From assembly GCA_043823295.1 (NCBI GenBank), contig JBDRAY010000099.1, positions 1 to 41,846 of the forward strand: 41,846 nucleotides of DNA, read 5' to 3'. This DNA is from Methanobacteriota archaeon (GTDB taxonomy: Archaea > Altiarchaeota > Altiarchaeia > IMC4 > SCGC-AAA252-I15). Position 1 is the stretch's first letter. Every line of letters begins with the position of its first letter. The notes beneath the pieces are model-generated. The model was not told the DNA's origin. It ran no database searches and saw nothing but the letters and a program-made list of their open reading frames with translations. A program made the translations under genes and the position numbers. Shown one piece after another: positions 1 to 9,000 of the stretch.

Positions 1-1
1 C

Positions 2-232
2 TACACGACGCTAGAAAAACAGTACCTTATGCTCAAAAACATATTGAGCTTCCACGAGCACATGAAAGTCCTTCTGGACGGAGGCGTGCCCTTAAAGGAC
101 ATATTGGGCCTTAAGGTAAGAGCAGAGATATCTACGATGAAGAAGGTCCCGGAGGGTGAAATAGACAAACTCAAAAAAATCGGGGAAAGCATCGAAAGCC
201 AGTTTAAGAAGCTTGAGGGTGAAGTCAAATGA
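2..232 (+). CDS. atpA: A/V-type ATP synthase catalytic subunit A, C-terminal end (5' part lies outside the window)
   Basis: The frame is open from the window edge ([35 protein letters not shown]...). Its TGA overlaps the atpB ATG (ATGA at 229-232). Its position directly upstream of atpB-atpD matches the archaeal A-B-D operon order. Confidence 0.7.
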   Translation, partial: YTTLEKQYLMLKNILSFHEHMKVLLDGGVPLKDILGLKVRAEISTMKKVPEGEIDKLKKIGESIESQFKKLEGEVK

Positions 233-1608
233 TAACGGAATACCGTACCGTGACGGAAGTCAAGGGCCCCCTGATATTTTCGGAGAGTGTCGGCAACGTA
301 GGATACAATGAACTGGTCGAAGTAATTTACCCAGACGGCTCCAAGGTCATGGGCCAAGTCCTTGAGACGGGCCGGAAAAAAATAGTCATTCAGGTGTTCG
401 GCTCGACCTCGAGGCTGGACACCGCAAAAACGAGGATACGGTTTCTCGAAGACACCATAAAGCTTGGCGTCACCAAAGACATGCTGGGTAGGGTGTTCAA
501 CGGCATGGGGGAACCGCTGGACGGCTCGCCTGGCCTCATCGCGGAAGACAAACTCGACATCTCAGGCTACCCTATAAACCCCTACGCCAGGGAGAAACCC
601 CTGGAGTTCATACAAACAGGCGTCTCCGCAATCGACGGCATGAACACTTTAGTCAGAGGACAGAAACTCCCGATTTTCTCTGGTGCGGGACTCCCGCACA
701 ACGAATTAGCCGCGCAGATAGCCCGTCAGGCCACAGTATTGGGGGGGAAGGAGGATTTCGCCGTGGTCTTCGCGACACTCGGGATAACATTTGACGAGGC
801 AAGGTTCTTCATAAAGGATTTCGAGAAAACAGGGGCCATAAAAAAATCAGTCCTATTCCTAAACGTCGCAAACGACCCGTCAGTCGAAAGGCTTATAACG
901 CCCCGTATGGCTTTGACGGCAGCGGAATACCTGGCATTTGAACACGACATGCACGTGCTCGTCATACTTACGGACATGACAAACTATTGCGAGACCCTCC
1001 GCGAGATATCCAACTCCAGATACGAGGTTCCGGGCAGGCGCGGATACCCTGGTTACATGTACACTGACCTCGCCTCGATATACGAGAGGGCGGGTTGCAT
1101 TGAGGGGAAGAAGGGCACGGTAACCCAGCTGAGCATCCTCTCAATGCCCGGAGGCGACATAACCCACCCGATACCCGACCTCACCGGCTACATAACCGAA
1201 GGTCAGATCGTGCTAAGCCGCGACCTTGAACGCCTCGGAATATACCCTCCCATAGACGTTCTCCCAAGCCTCTCACGCCTCATGGACGGCGGAATAGGGC
1301 CCGGGAAAACCCGGGAAGACCACAAGGGTCTCGCAAACCAGATTTATGCAGGATACGCGGAAGGAAGGGACCTACGCGGCCTATCCTCGGTAGTCGGAGA
1401 GGACGCTTTAAGCGAAGTGGACCGAAGTTACCTTGAATTCGCGGACTCCTTCGAAAAGCGTTTCGTCGCACAGAGCCCGGACGAAAACCGCAGCATAGAA
1501 TTTACCCTTGACCTGGGATGGGAGCTTCTTTCGAGCATCCCTGTGGAAGACTTGAAACGGGTTTCGAAAGAGCATATCATCAAATACGGGAAAAGAGATT
1601 CTAAATGA
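229..1608 (+). CDS. atpB: A/V-type ATP synthase subunit B
   Basis: 459-aa ORF with hallmark B-subunit blocks ([41 protein letters not shown]; [22 protein letters not shown]; GSITQ-like [31 protein letters not shown]). Start and stop are translationally coupled to the neighbouring genes. Confidence 0.95.
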   Translation: MITEYRTVTEVKGPLIFSESVGNVGYNELVEVIYPDGSKVMGQVLETGRKKIVIQVFGSTSRLDTAKTRIRFLEDTIKLGVTKDMLGRVFNGMGEPLDGSPGLIAEDKLDISGYPINPYAREKPLEFIQTGVSAIDGMNTLVRGQKLPIFSGAGLPHNELAAQIARQATVLGGKEDFAVVFATLGITFDEARFFIKDFEKTGAIKKSVLFLNVANDPSVERLITPRMALTAAEYLAFEHDMHVLVILTDMTNYCETLREISNSRYEVPGRRGYPGYMYTDLASIYERAGCIEGKKGTVTQLSILSMPGGDITHPIPDLTGYITEGQIVLSRDLERLGIYPPIDVLPSLSRLMDGGIGPGKTREDHKGLANQIYAGYAEGRDLRGLSSVVGEDALSEVDRSYLEFADSFEKRFVAQSPDENRSIEFTLDLGWELLSSIPVEDLKRVSKEHIIKYGKRDSK

Positions 1609-2246
1609 GCAATGAGTCGGTTAATCCCACCCGGATGGAATTGCTTGAGACGAAGGGCAAAATCAGGCTCGCGGAAATGGGACACAACCTGCTAAAACAG
1701 AAGCGGGACATACTGGTCATAGAATTCTTAAGCATACTCGAAAACGCCAAGCACTTGAGGGGCCGGCTGAACTCCCAGCTCGGCAAAGCTTACAGGTCGC
1801 TTGTAATAACTCAGGTCAACCAAAGCCTCTTCGAGATAGAGGACGCGGCCCTCTCGGTCAAAAAGATTCCAGGGATATCCGTTACAGTCAAAAATACGAT
1901 GGGCGTTAAGCTGCCCGTCATAAGCCGTGTGACAGTCAAAAAGGGCATCCTAGAGCGGGGCTACAGCGTGGTCGGCACTTCCGCGAAAATCGACGACGTC
2001 GCCAAGAATTTCGAGGACGCCCTAGAAACCATAATCAACATAGCCGAATACGAGACCTCGCTTAAAAAGCTTATAATCGAAATCGAGAAGAACAAGCGGC
2101 GGGTGAACGCGCTAGAGCACGTTATGATTCCCCGGCTTAAGGCAAGGGCCTCTGAAATAGTCTTCCGACTGGATGAAATGGAGAGGGAATCCTTTGTTAC
2201 CATGAAGATGCTCAAAGACAGGTCCCTCGCCGAGCAGGTGGCTTGA
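1605..2246 (+). CDS. atpD: A/V-type ATP synthase subunit D
   Basis: N-terminus [36 protein letters not shown] is the typical subunit D signature. There is an ATGA overlap with the atpB stop. The protein has the coiled-coil character expected of the central stalk. Confidence 0.9.
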   Translation: MSNESVNPTRMELLETKGKIRLAEMGHNLLKQKRDILVIEFLSILENAKHLRGRLNSQLGKAYRSLVITQVNQSLFEIEDAALSVKKIPGISVTVKNTMGVKLPVISRVTVKKGILERGYSVVGTSAKIDDVAKNFEDALETIINIAEYETSLKKLIIEIEKNKRRVNALEHVMIPRLKARASEIVFRLDEMERESFVTMKMLKDRSLAEQVA

Positions 2247-2251
2247 CCATC

Positions 2252-2701
2252 TTATATTTCCGGCTCGAATCTTTCGTCATACTTGCGGTGGACCAGCCTT
2301 CGGGCGGATATGATTCTATAACTGTCGCTTATCTCCTTTGATGTTACTATCCCCACCACCTTGCCCCCATCTAATATTGCAATCCTTCGTATGTTGTTTT
2401 TCCCCATGATCATGTTTACCTCATCAATCGGAGTTCCGGTTTCCACGGTTATTAATCCCTTGGTCATCACCTTGGAGACTGGCACGTCATGGGGCGTCAA
2501 ATCCTCTGCCACAACCCTTTTAAGTAAATCGGTTTCAGTGATTATCCCAAGCTCCTTGAGGGGCAGGAACTTACCGTATTCGCCGGTGACTACGAGGTAG
2601 CCGGTGTCCCTTTTTTTCATAAGCTTGGCTGCATCATAAACCGTCTCGTTTTTCGAAATAAATGCAACGTTTTTCTGCATGATACTGTCCACAACATCCA
2701 T
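2252..2701 (-). CDS. CBS-domain pair protein
   Basis: Two CBS-like repeats (IMQKNVAFISKNETVYDAAKLMKKRDTGYLVV ... VMTKGLITVETGTPIDEVNMIMGKNNIRRIAILDGGKVVGIVT). I prefer the ATG at 2701 over the TTG at 2704 because GAGGTGAT (Shine-Dalgarno-like) sits just upstream on the minus strand. Confidence 0.8.
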   Translation of the reverse strand: MDVVDSIMQKNVAFISKNETVYDAAKLMKKRDTGYLVVTGEYGKFLPLKELGIITETDLLKRVVAEDLTPHDVPVSKVMTKGLITVETGTPIDEVNMIMGKNNIRRIAILDGGKVVGIVTSKEISDSYRIISARRLVHRKYDERFEPEI

Positions 2702-2733
2702 CAAATCACCTCACATAAGTTAATAAAAGTCAC

Positions 2734-2895
2734 CTACATTTTACGCCCCGCTGCAGCATCCTTGTAAATATCCGCTATTATGCCCGAGGTCTCACTCGTA
2801 GGCTTGATTTTACTCACCCGCTCGTATTATTCAAGGGCCTCGTCGAGCTGGCCGTTGGCCCGCAATAAAAAACCGAGGTTCTCCAAGGCCGAGAG
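2734..2895 (-). pseudogene. Remnant of a TPR-repeat gene with an in-frame stop
   Basis: Minus-strand translation reads LSALENLGFLLRANGQLDEALE*YERVSKIKPTSETSGIIADIYKDAAAGRKM*. This is a textbook 34-aa TPR unit (A..NLG.L....G..DEA...YE.....I.P) interrupted by TAA (plus coordinates 2827-2829). It is bounded by stops on both sides, so no intact gene surrounds it. Confidence 0.3.
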
Positions 2896-3241
2896 TCACC
2901 AAAAAAATACGATACTCCTGTTATTGACACTGATTTTAAAGTATAAAAAATACACGTATAGCGGATAAGTATAACTCCCCAGATCATCCAGATAGGAACC
3001 CAATGCTGGAGGCCGATTCATTGGTCTAATCCAATCCGCAATGGGTTTTAATAATAACCCCCTTGGAGAACGGTGATTTTGGGGTAAATAGTATATACTA
3101 ATTCATTAAAACACTCTGATGTAATTGGAGAAAAACAATAGACTACGAGCCTGTCTGAGGGGGGGAGCCGGGGTTGTGCGCCTACCCATCCGCAATATAA
3201 TTTACAAAACAGCAATTTGCTGTTTCGATTATGGATAAGAA

Positions 3242-3915
3242 TCAATAGATAAGAACCATTAATGTTGCCGGATCTCTTTTCCGAAGCTCCTCAAGGAATT
3301 CCAAGTATTCGTCGAAGGGTGCTTTATGTCCGCTTTTCCGGCTGAATAGAGTAAGGTTTCGCCTTTCATCCAACTGTTTCAACTCATCCCTGTTTTTCCA
3401 CCATTCCATCTCATCTAGATTAAACAATGCTATGCCGCCGGGTCGAAGCGTCTTGAACAATCCTGGAATAAGCTTTGGAACCTCTTCAAAACCCGCCTCG
3501 AAAGTATTGCATGAAATAATAAAGTGAAAACTGTTTTCAGGAATAGTTGCAGGCAAGTCATTCGCACTTGAAACTATGAAACGCTTTTTCGGCAGACCAG
3601 ACCGCTCATCCCACCAGAACCTCGCACCCGTCCGAAAGCTTCAACACCCTCAAGCTTGTTTAAATCCCCCACCGCCACGCCGTTTCTGCAGTTCACGTCA
3701 GCGGCCAACAATACCTCGCCCGGAAACCTCCCACCCAAATCGCTCAACAACTGCCGCACCTTGACTCCTAACATAAACTCATATCCCTCAAGATGCACTA
3801 TCAAGTCGTCTCCAAGCCACATCTTCTCCGGCTCAGCACGCTGTGATTCAACCGCAATCCTCTCCAAGTCGGCGACTGTGACGGGCTTTCTCGCGTGCTT
3901 GTGGCTTGGGCTCAT
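3242..3915 (-). pseudogene. Class I SAM-dependent methyltransferase, frameshifted and degenerate
   Basis: Two adjacent minus-strand ORFs (3915-3574 and 3556-3242) lie in different frames. The downstream piece has the typical methyltransferase core after motif I (DLPATIPENSFHFIISCNTFEAGFEEVPKLIPGLFKTLRPGGIALF). Its frame stays open upstream to about 3640 and overlaps the end of the first ORF, so a frameshift between about 3577 and 3640 would join them. The expected Gly-rich motif I reads DVNCRNG instead of D-x-G-x-G-x-G. Confidence 0.45.
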
Positions 3916-3956
3916 TGTGTGGTTATTTTATACGGGATTATAGTAAATATTCTTTC

Positions 3957-4547
3957 ATGGGTGATGATTTTATCCCTCCGCCTGAGGCCGTGGAGGTTGT
4001 CTCCGAGAAAGTCAGGAAAAAAAGGATTCTACCCATATTATTGGTAGTGGTTGTTGTCTTGCTCGTTGCTTTCATATTCTTCCTTCGAAGTAGCGTGGAG
4101 CCAATATCTAATGTCACCGTGTTTTCAACGTCAAGTCTCGGCGAAAAAATGTTTGCGAGCTCTCCTCTAATAGTCCCTCCCGGATTCACATTAACTGACG
4201 TGAATCACAGGAGTGCCCCCTTTAGGATGGGTAAAAATTTTTTACCTGTTGATGCGATAGAGCTTACTTACGCGAAAGACGGTGAGAAAATTATTGTTTT
4301 CATTGCGAAGGGTACGGTGGATGGTTGGAAGAGGATTATCGGAGGTAAGGGTTTCTGGCTGGAGGAGAGTTTCGGGGATAATGTTTATTCAGCCGACTAC
4401 AAATACTTTGATGAAACAATCAACTTTATCTACTGGTGGCATAACGACTCGATTATTGGGGTTAACGCCTCGGTCAGGACGGTAAACGTGATTGATTTGA
4501 CCGAGAAACTTGTTTTACACCACCCTCCAACAGAATCTCTCGCCTAG
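3957..4547 (+). CDS. Hypothetical single-pass (N-terminal anchor) membrane protein
   Basis: I prefer the ATG at 3957 (MGDDFIPPPEAVE...) to the TTG at 3906. One TM helix (ILPILLVVVVVLLVAFIFFL) is followed by a roughly 140-aa beta-rich ectodomain. No family was recognised with confidence. Confidence 0.5.
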   Translation: MGDDFIPPPEAVEVVSEKVRKKRILPILLVVVVVLLVAFIFFLRSSVEPISNVTVFSTSSLGEKMFASSPLIVPPGFTLTDVNHRSAPFRMGKNFLPVDAIELTYAKDGEKIIVFIAKGTVDGWKRIIGGKGFWLEESFGDNVYSADYKYFDETINFIYWWHNDSIIGVNASVRTVNVIDLTEKLVLHHPPTESLA

Positions 4548-4900
4548 GTTATGGTGCATATCCCACTAGTAATCTGACAGTTTAACGGGGTGGATGACCC
4601 AGTCCAGTATTGGGCTATTGCCATGCAATAGAGGCCGCACACGAGGTTTGCGGAAACCGCAGCAACAACAAGTCCAACAATAATCCATATTAATCCTTTT
4701 TTCGCCTCCGCCCGATCGTTAGGCGATTCCGCAGTAATGTACTTCAAACCCTGAATCGAAATCAATAGGACTGCCAAAGCCGCTGCAACAGTCTTGAGTG
4801 CGACGATTAAATCACTCATTTCAGTCAAATAATCTTGGCTGCTCACCAGATTGGCTGCAATCAGGAGAACAAAAACCACGACAATGATCCTTCCCTTCAT
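4544..4900 (-). CDS. VirB2/TrbC-like pilin candidate (short, secreted, two-helix hairpin)
   Basis: Signal peptide (MKGRIIVVVFVLLIAANLVSS) followed by helix-basic loop-helix: AAALAVLLISIQGLKYITAESPNDRAEAKKGLIWIIVGLVVAAVSANLVCGLYC. It is a close paralog of the 104-aa ORF at 17889-18203. It is the last gene of the operon that contains VirB4. Confidence 0.6.
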   Translation of the reverse strand: MKGRIIVVVFVLLIAANLVSSQDYLTEMSDLIVALKTVAAALAVLLISIQGLKYITAESPNDRAEAKKGLIWIIVGLVVAAVSANLVCGLYCMAIAQYWTGSSTPLNCQITSGICTIT

Positions 4901-4901
4901 T

Positions 4902-6032
4902 TTAAATCAATGCTCTGCAATCTCCAATACTTATTCCGAACGCTTCATTTAAAGCGAAGCAATAAATACCCTCAACGAGTTCTGCTGCAAGATATGCAAT
5001 GAAAACGCCGATTATTATATAGATTATACCCTTTTTTATGTCTGCCCTCTCTTGAGGATTGTCTGATGTCACGTATCTTAGCGCGTGTACGGCAATCAAT
5101 AGGACTGCGAGTCCTGCGACAACCTGGAGGAATGCTTCGTTTACTTCCCGTAGTGAATGCCCTAACGAAAATACTTCAATTGAGGGCTTTGGCCAAGGTC
5201 CTGGTGTGGGGCTTAAAGCTGCGGGAGAACTTACAGAACTTACTACAGTACTTATCGTCATTGTAGGAAGTAGAGATGCTATTGGGCTGGGCACGGGTGA
5301 ACCAGATATTGTTCCTATTGAACTCGGTATCGTAGGCACGGGGCTTGATGATGTAGCTGGAATGCTTTGGGGGGGAGTTGGTGTTTCAGGAGTTATGTGA
5401 AGACCCGTCATCGGGGGGACGGGTGTTGCCGCAGGGGAGAAGACCGGGCTTGATACTGTGGCAACTGAATGGCTGGTGGGAGGAAGAAACGTGGGGCTTT
5501 GCGGGGGAGGAAGAGTAGGGCTTTCAGGCGGTACTATTGTTGGACTCATTGGGGGTATAACTGTCGGGCTATCTGGCGGTACTATCGTGGGACTTTCTGG
5601 GGGAACAATCGTAGGGCTTGGAGGCACGACCGTCGGACTTGGCTGGGGGGTTGGTGTTCCACTTGCGTCAACATCGAATGTGCCAATATTCTGGTTTACT
5701 CCGGAATTCCAGGTGGAAGTTCCTGCGGTACGGAGACTACCTTGCGCAAAAACCTTAAAGACGACAGTATCCCCTCCAATCCCGCCTTCACTTCCCGGAG
5801 TAGCGGGGTCGTCTCCATTCACCGACATAATCCCGAAAATTCCTGGAGTAGTAACAACAAAGTCTGGGGGATAGTGCACTCCATTAATCCACGCTTCAAC
5901 AACAGTCCCAACCGGCGCGGGACTACCATCAATCAAAAGCGAACCGTAATAGCCGGCAGGGTTCGGAGGCTCTGCGGAAACACAGATTGAAACGGATAAA
6001 AAAAAGAGTAGGAAAGTGTTCAGCCACCTCAT
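4902..6032 (-). CDS. Secreted protein: N-terminal beta-rich module, Pro/Thr/Ser stalk and C-terminal VirB2-like hairpin
   Basis: Signal peptide (LLFFLSVSICVSA). A roughly 100-aa module is shared with the N-terminus of the 3918-aa protein. SPTIVPPx repeats and a long P/S/T-rich tract follow. The C-terminus VAGLAVLLIAVHALRYVTSDNPQERADIKKGIIYIIIGVFIAYLAAELVEGIYC aligns with the short pilins. Confidence 0.6.
   Translation of the reverse strand: MRWLNTFLLFFLSVSICVSAEPPNPAGYYGSLLIDGSPAPVGTVVEAWINGVHYPPDFVVTTPGIFGIMSVNGDDPATPGSEGGIGGDTVVFKVFAQGSLRTAGTSTWNSGVNQNIGTFDVDASGTPTPQPSPTVVPPSPTIVPPESPTIVPPDSPTVIPPMSPTIVPPESPTLPPPQSPTFLPPTSHSVATVSSPVFSPAATPVPPMTGLHITPETPTPPQSIPATSSSPVPTIPSSIGTISGSPVPSPIASLLPTMTISTVVSSVSSPAALSPTPGPWPKPSIEVFSLGHSLREVNEAFLQVVAGLAVLLIAVHALRYVTSDNPQERADIKKGIIYIIIGVFIAYLAAELVEGIYCFALNEAFGISIGDCRALI
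5480..5654 (-). repeat. About 7 tandem 24-nt (8-aa) repeats encoding SPT(I/V)(V/I)PPx
   Basis: Peptide: PSPTVVPPSPTIVPPESPTIVPPDSPTVIPPMSPTIVPPESPTLPPPQSPTFLPP. The plus strand shows reiterated GGnACnATnGTnGGnCTnTCnGG units. The antisense ORFs here (GGTIVGLSGG...) are a mirror artefact of the repeat. Confidence 0.85.
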
Positions 6033-6068
6033 AGTATCTCACTTAACATATTTACTTCAAAGGTTATT

Positions 6069-9000
6069 TTAATCCTTCCTGCTTGTTTTGTGAAAAATTA
6101 AGATGATTACCACTAAAAGTAGTACTAGTCCCCCAATCATAAATGCTCTTGAAAAAGACCCTATTCCCCCACCGTAAAACATTCCAACAGGGGCTCTTTG
6201 AGGGGCTGGCGCTCCAGACACCATTTCACTGAGTATTTCTGTTTCATTCAGTGCGACGTCCCATATCTTGACTTCGTCGATTACTCCTTCGAAGTAGTAG
6301 CCGTTTGAGAGGGCTCCGATCAATTGAGTGTGAGCGGCCGCAGTGTTTGCAACTATTCTCTCGCTCAGTCCCTCGAGTGTTCCGTCTACGTAAATTTTCA
6401 TGTTTCCTAATCCTCCGTATTCGTCGATGAAGAAGGCATTACTATTGTCTATGTCACCGCTTTCTCCAATGTCGAGGAAGAAGTTGTGGTAAGTCGTAGA
6501 CGGTGTTAAACCTCGCTCGCTCTCATACGATTCCGGGATTATAACGTCCTCGGAGTTCAAACTTAAGGTTCTTGCAGGCGCCGGGTGTGGTATGCCTTCA
6601 AGGTCTTCGATGTATGTTAACATCTGCTTCCTCATCCCCGTGAAGTAGCTCCAGTTGTCGCTTCGCCCGGAAAGGTCTGAGAGGATTTCCGCGCTCATGT
6701 TCACTGCGCTCGAGTATCTCGGAGTAAACGACTTATCCACACTCGCGTAAATCCCGTTCAAGTAGGCTTGAGCCTGGTTTGCGGTGGCTCCCGGATTCTC
6801 AGAAATGGCTTTCTCAAGGGTTGCGATTATTCTTGAATCTTCAATTCCCTCTCGCATCGACTCGTAGATGACTGAGTCTAGAACATCCCCACTCCATGAT
6901 GGAACAACAAGCTGGTATCCAGCCTGCGACCTATTACCCTTCAAAGTTCCAACACGCCCGTAGTATGGATGCTCTAAATCGTCGTAAGGGTGTAAACCCC
7001 ACACGTTGTAGGCGTACACGTAAACTCCAGTTCCATTAAGCGCTGAAGCATATACTCCATTTAGGAACCTGTTGTAGAGGATCTCAGGCATCGTCGCAAA
7101 GTATGTCGTATAGTATGACATTGAATCGCCTGAACGTGCAGTCTTCTCAACCTCTGTCTCATTTAACCTGCCGAGAGCGTACACCCTTATATCCAGCCAC
7201 GGGTCCATGGGTGCAAGGTTTCCTCCAGGATCGTCAGTGAAGGAGTGCTCCCACCCGCTTGCTGTTGCGGCACTCCAGCTTAGTGTGCGGTAGTAGTCGT
7301 CGATGAAGTAGACTATGACGTCTTCACTTCGCGTGCTCTGTTTATCCAGTGTGACTGTCACAGTGTTTGAACCAGGATTCAAGAAACTTCCAATACTTAC
7401 ATTGAAAATCTCTGCAGAGTAATTAAGGTCGCTTACAGTCCATCGCTCGATGTTATTTACTTTAATAGACGCTCGTACGTTTGGAGTCGCGCCGTATACT
7501 GTAAAGAATATGCTGTTTGCATTTGGGTCTGATCCGTCAGCTGATGTGGACAAAACAACCTGCCCTGTTGAGGAGGTGGGATTAGTCAGGAAGTGTCCTG
7601 CAAGCGGCTGCTCGCAGTTGGGGTAGTAAGTAACCCACGTTTCAAGTCCTGCCTCCTGAGCTAGCTTGTTCATAAAAGTAGTCCAACCCCGCTCTCCAGG
7701 ATCTACTCCCGGTTCGTCGCTGAAGCTTACTACCGGAGTGACTCCGAAGCCTGCGAAAAAGTTAGCGTATTGCTGAAGTATTGCAGGATATTCTCGCTTC
7801 AGATCTTCCGGATTGAATGTGAAGGCATTGTCTCTTACGTGTAGCATTACCTTGTCCGGCAGGATCCCCAAGTCGGCAAGTTTCTCAATCTCCTGCTGGT
7901 TGGGTGAGTAATCGATCGAGTAGCTGGCGCTTATCACAGGTTTAAAATATATCAGCGGGTTAATATCGTGTCTTTCCATGTTTGCTGCCGCAAGATCCCT
8001 TGGATTAGAAAAGTAAACTCCGGGAGTGTACGGGGAGTTGTATATATACGGGGTTGCGTCTGGCTGCTCAAGAGCAATGTCGTGGACGGTGAATTCAAGG
8101 TCGACTTGCTGGAAGTCGACTCCAGGACCAGAAATCGTGACTGTACCTGTGTATACACCCGGGTTCGCATCCCCTGGAACGTCTACTGTAAGCCAGACCT
8201 GCTGGCTTGATCCAGCCTTGACATCCATCTGATTCCCATCCTCCAAGTACCATGGATTTACGCCAAAAGCGCTTCCACTACCCGACTTCCATCTCTTATC
8301 TATTGCGACGACTTTCTGGATAGTTATGTTATCATCTGGGATTGTGTCTGAACCTTTTACTAGGTCGCTTACGCTAATTTGCACGTTACTTAAATCTTCG
8401 AAGGCGTATATCGAAAATGTCACAGGCTCCGAGTAACCTGCAACCTCAAATGCTTTGATTGTGTTGGTAATCTCGCTCGCACCAGGTATCGTATTTGGGT
8501 AAACCTTTTCCAAATAGTCTCTTGAATAAATTACGTAATTGTTTGGGTAGTCACCCGGATTTATCGTATTCGACTCTACATAATCCCACCTGTACAATGT
8601 CCTGTTCGACCTGTCAATCTCCCTGCTTGTATGAAGGTCATCGAAGCTTACGAAAGAAAGCCTGACGTAGTCTATGGGAAGCGGCTCTATGCCACTTAAC
8701 TGTTGTGGATAGAAAATCTTGAATGTGAAGTATCCGTCAATGCTTCGAAGTAGCTGGAAGGGATTGCTTTCAAGGTATATACGCAAAATCCTCCAGGTGT
8801 CGTCTCCCATACCCCCTAGTCCTCCGATTTCATGGTAGCTTATTTCTCCAAAGTCGAGTTTAGAATATACTGTGGGCTTGCAATAAGAGTTCATGTCATC
8901 GTATTGCCCGCAGTTGGTCTCATCGACAACATCCTTGTATCTAATCTCAAGGATGGCGTGAGAGTATGGGACTCCATTGCCCGAGAGGTTGAGACTGCTG

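Noticed and set aside
1-357. 118-aa minus-strand ORF at the window start.
   Set aside because: It is antisense to the atpA 3' end and the atpB 5' end, both of which are well supported.
2961-3040. tRNA-like element: GCGGAT... at 2961 can pair with ...ATCCGC at 3034-3039, and TTGG-TCTAAT-CCAA looks like a T-arm.
   Set aside because: On neither strand is there a canonical T-loop (GTTCRANYC), a D-arm with GG, or a 7-nt anticodon loop at the right spacing. The putative T stem-loop has a 6-nt loop and does not abut the acceptor stem correctly.
3113-3160. Possible C/D-box sRNA (CTGATGT ... CTGA) next to a GC-rich stretch in an otherwise AT-rich spacer.
   Set aside because: The C box is imperfect, no internal D'/C' boxes occur at the expected spacing, and there is no terminal stem. 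It is too weak to call without covariance-model scanning.
2780-3245. Short ORFs in the spacer (2780-2968 on plus, 3048-3245 on minus).
   Set aside because: They have no motifs, odd composition and alternative start codons. The 2780-2968 ORF is antisense to the TPR remnant.
5458-5990. Plus-strand ORFs of 138 and 173 aa (GGTIVGLSGG... and Arg/Trp-rich).
   Set aside because: They are antisense to the P/T-rich repeat region of the 376-aa gene. Their low-complexity Gly-rich translation is a mirror image of the SPTIVPP repeat, so they are not independent genes.
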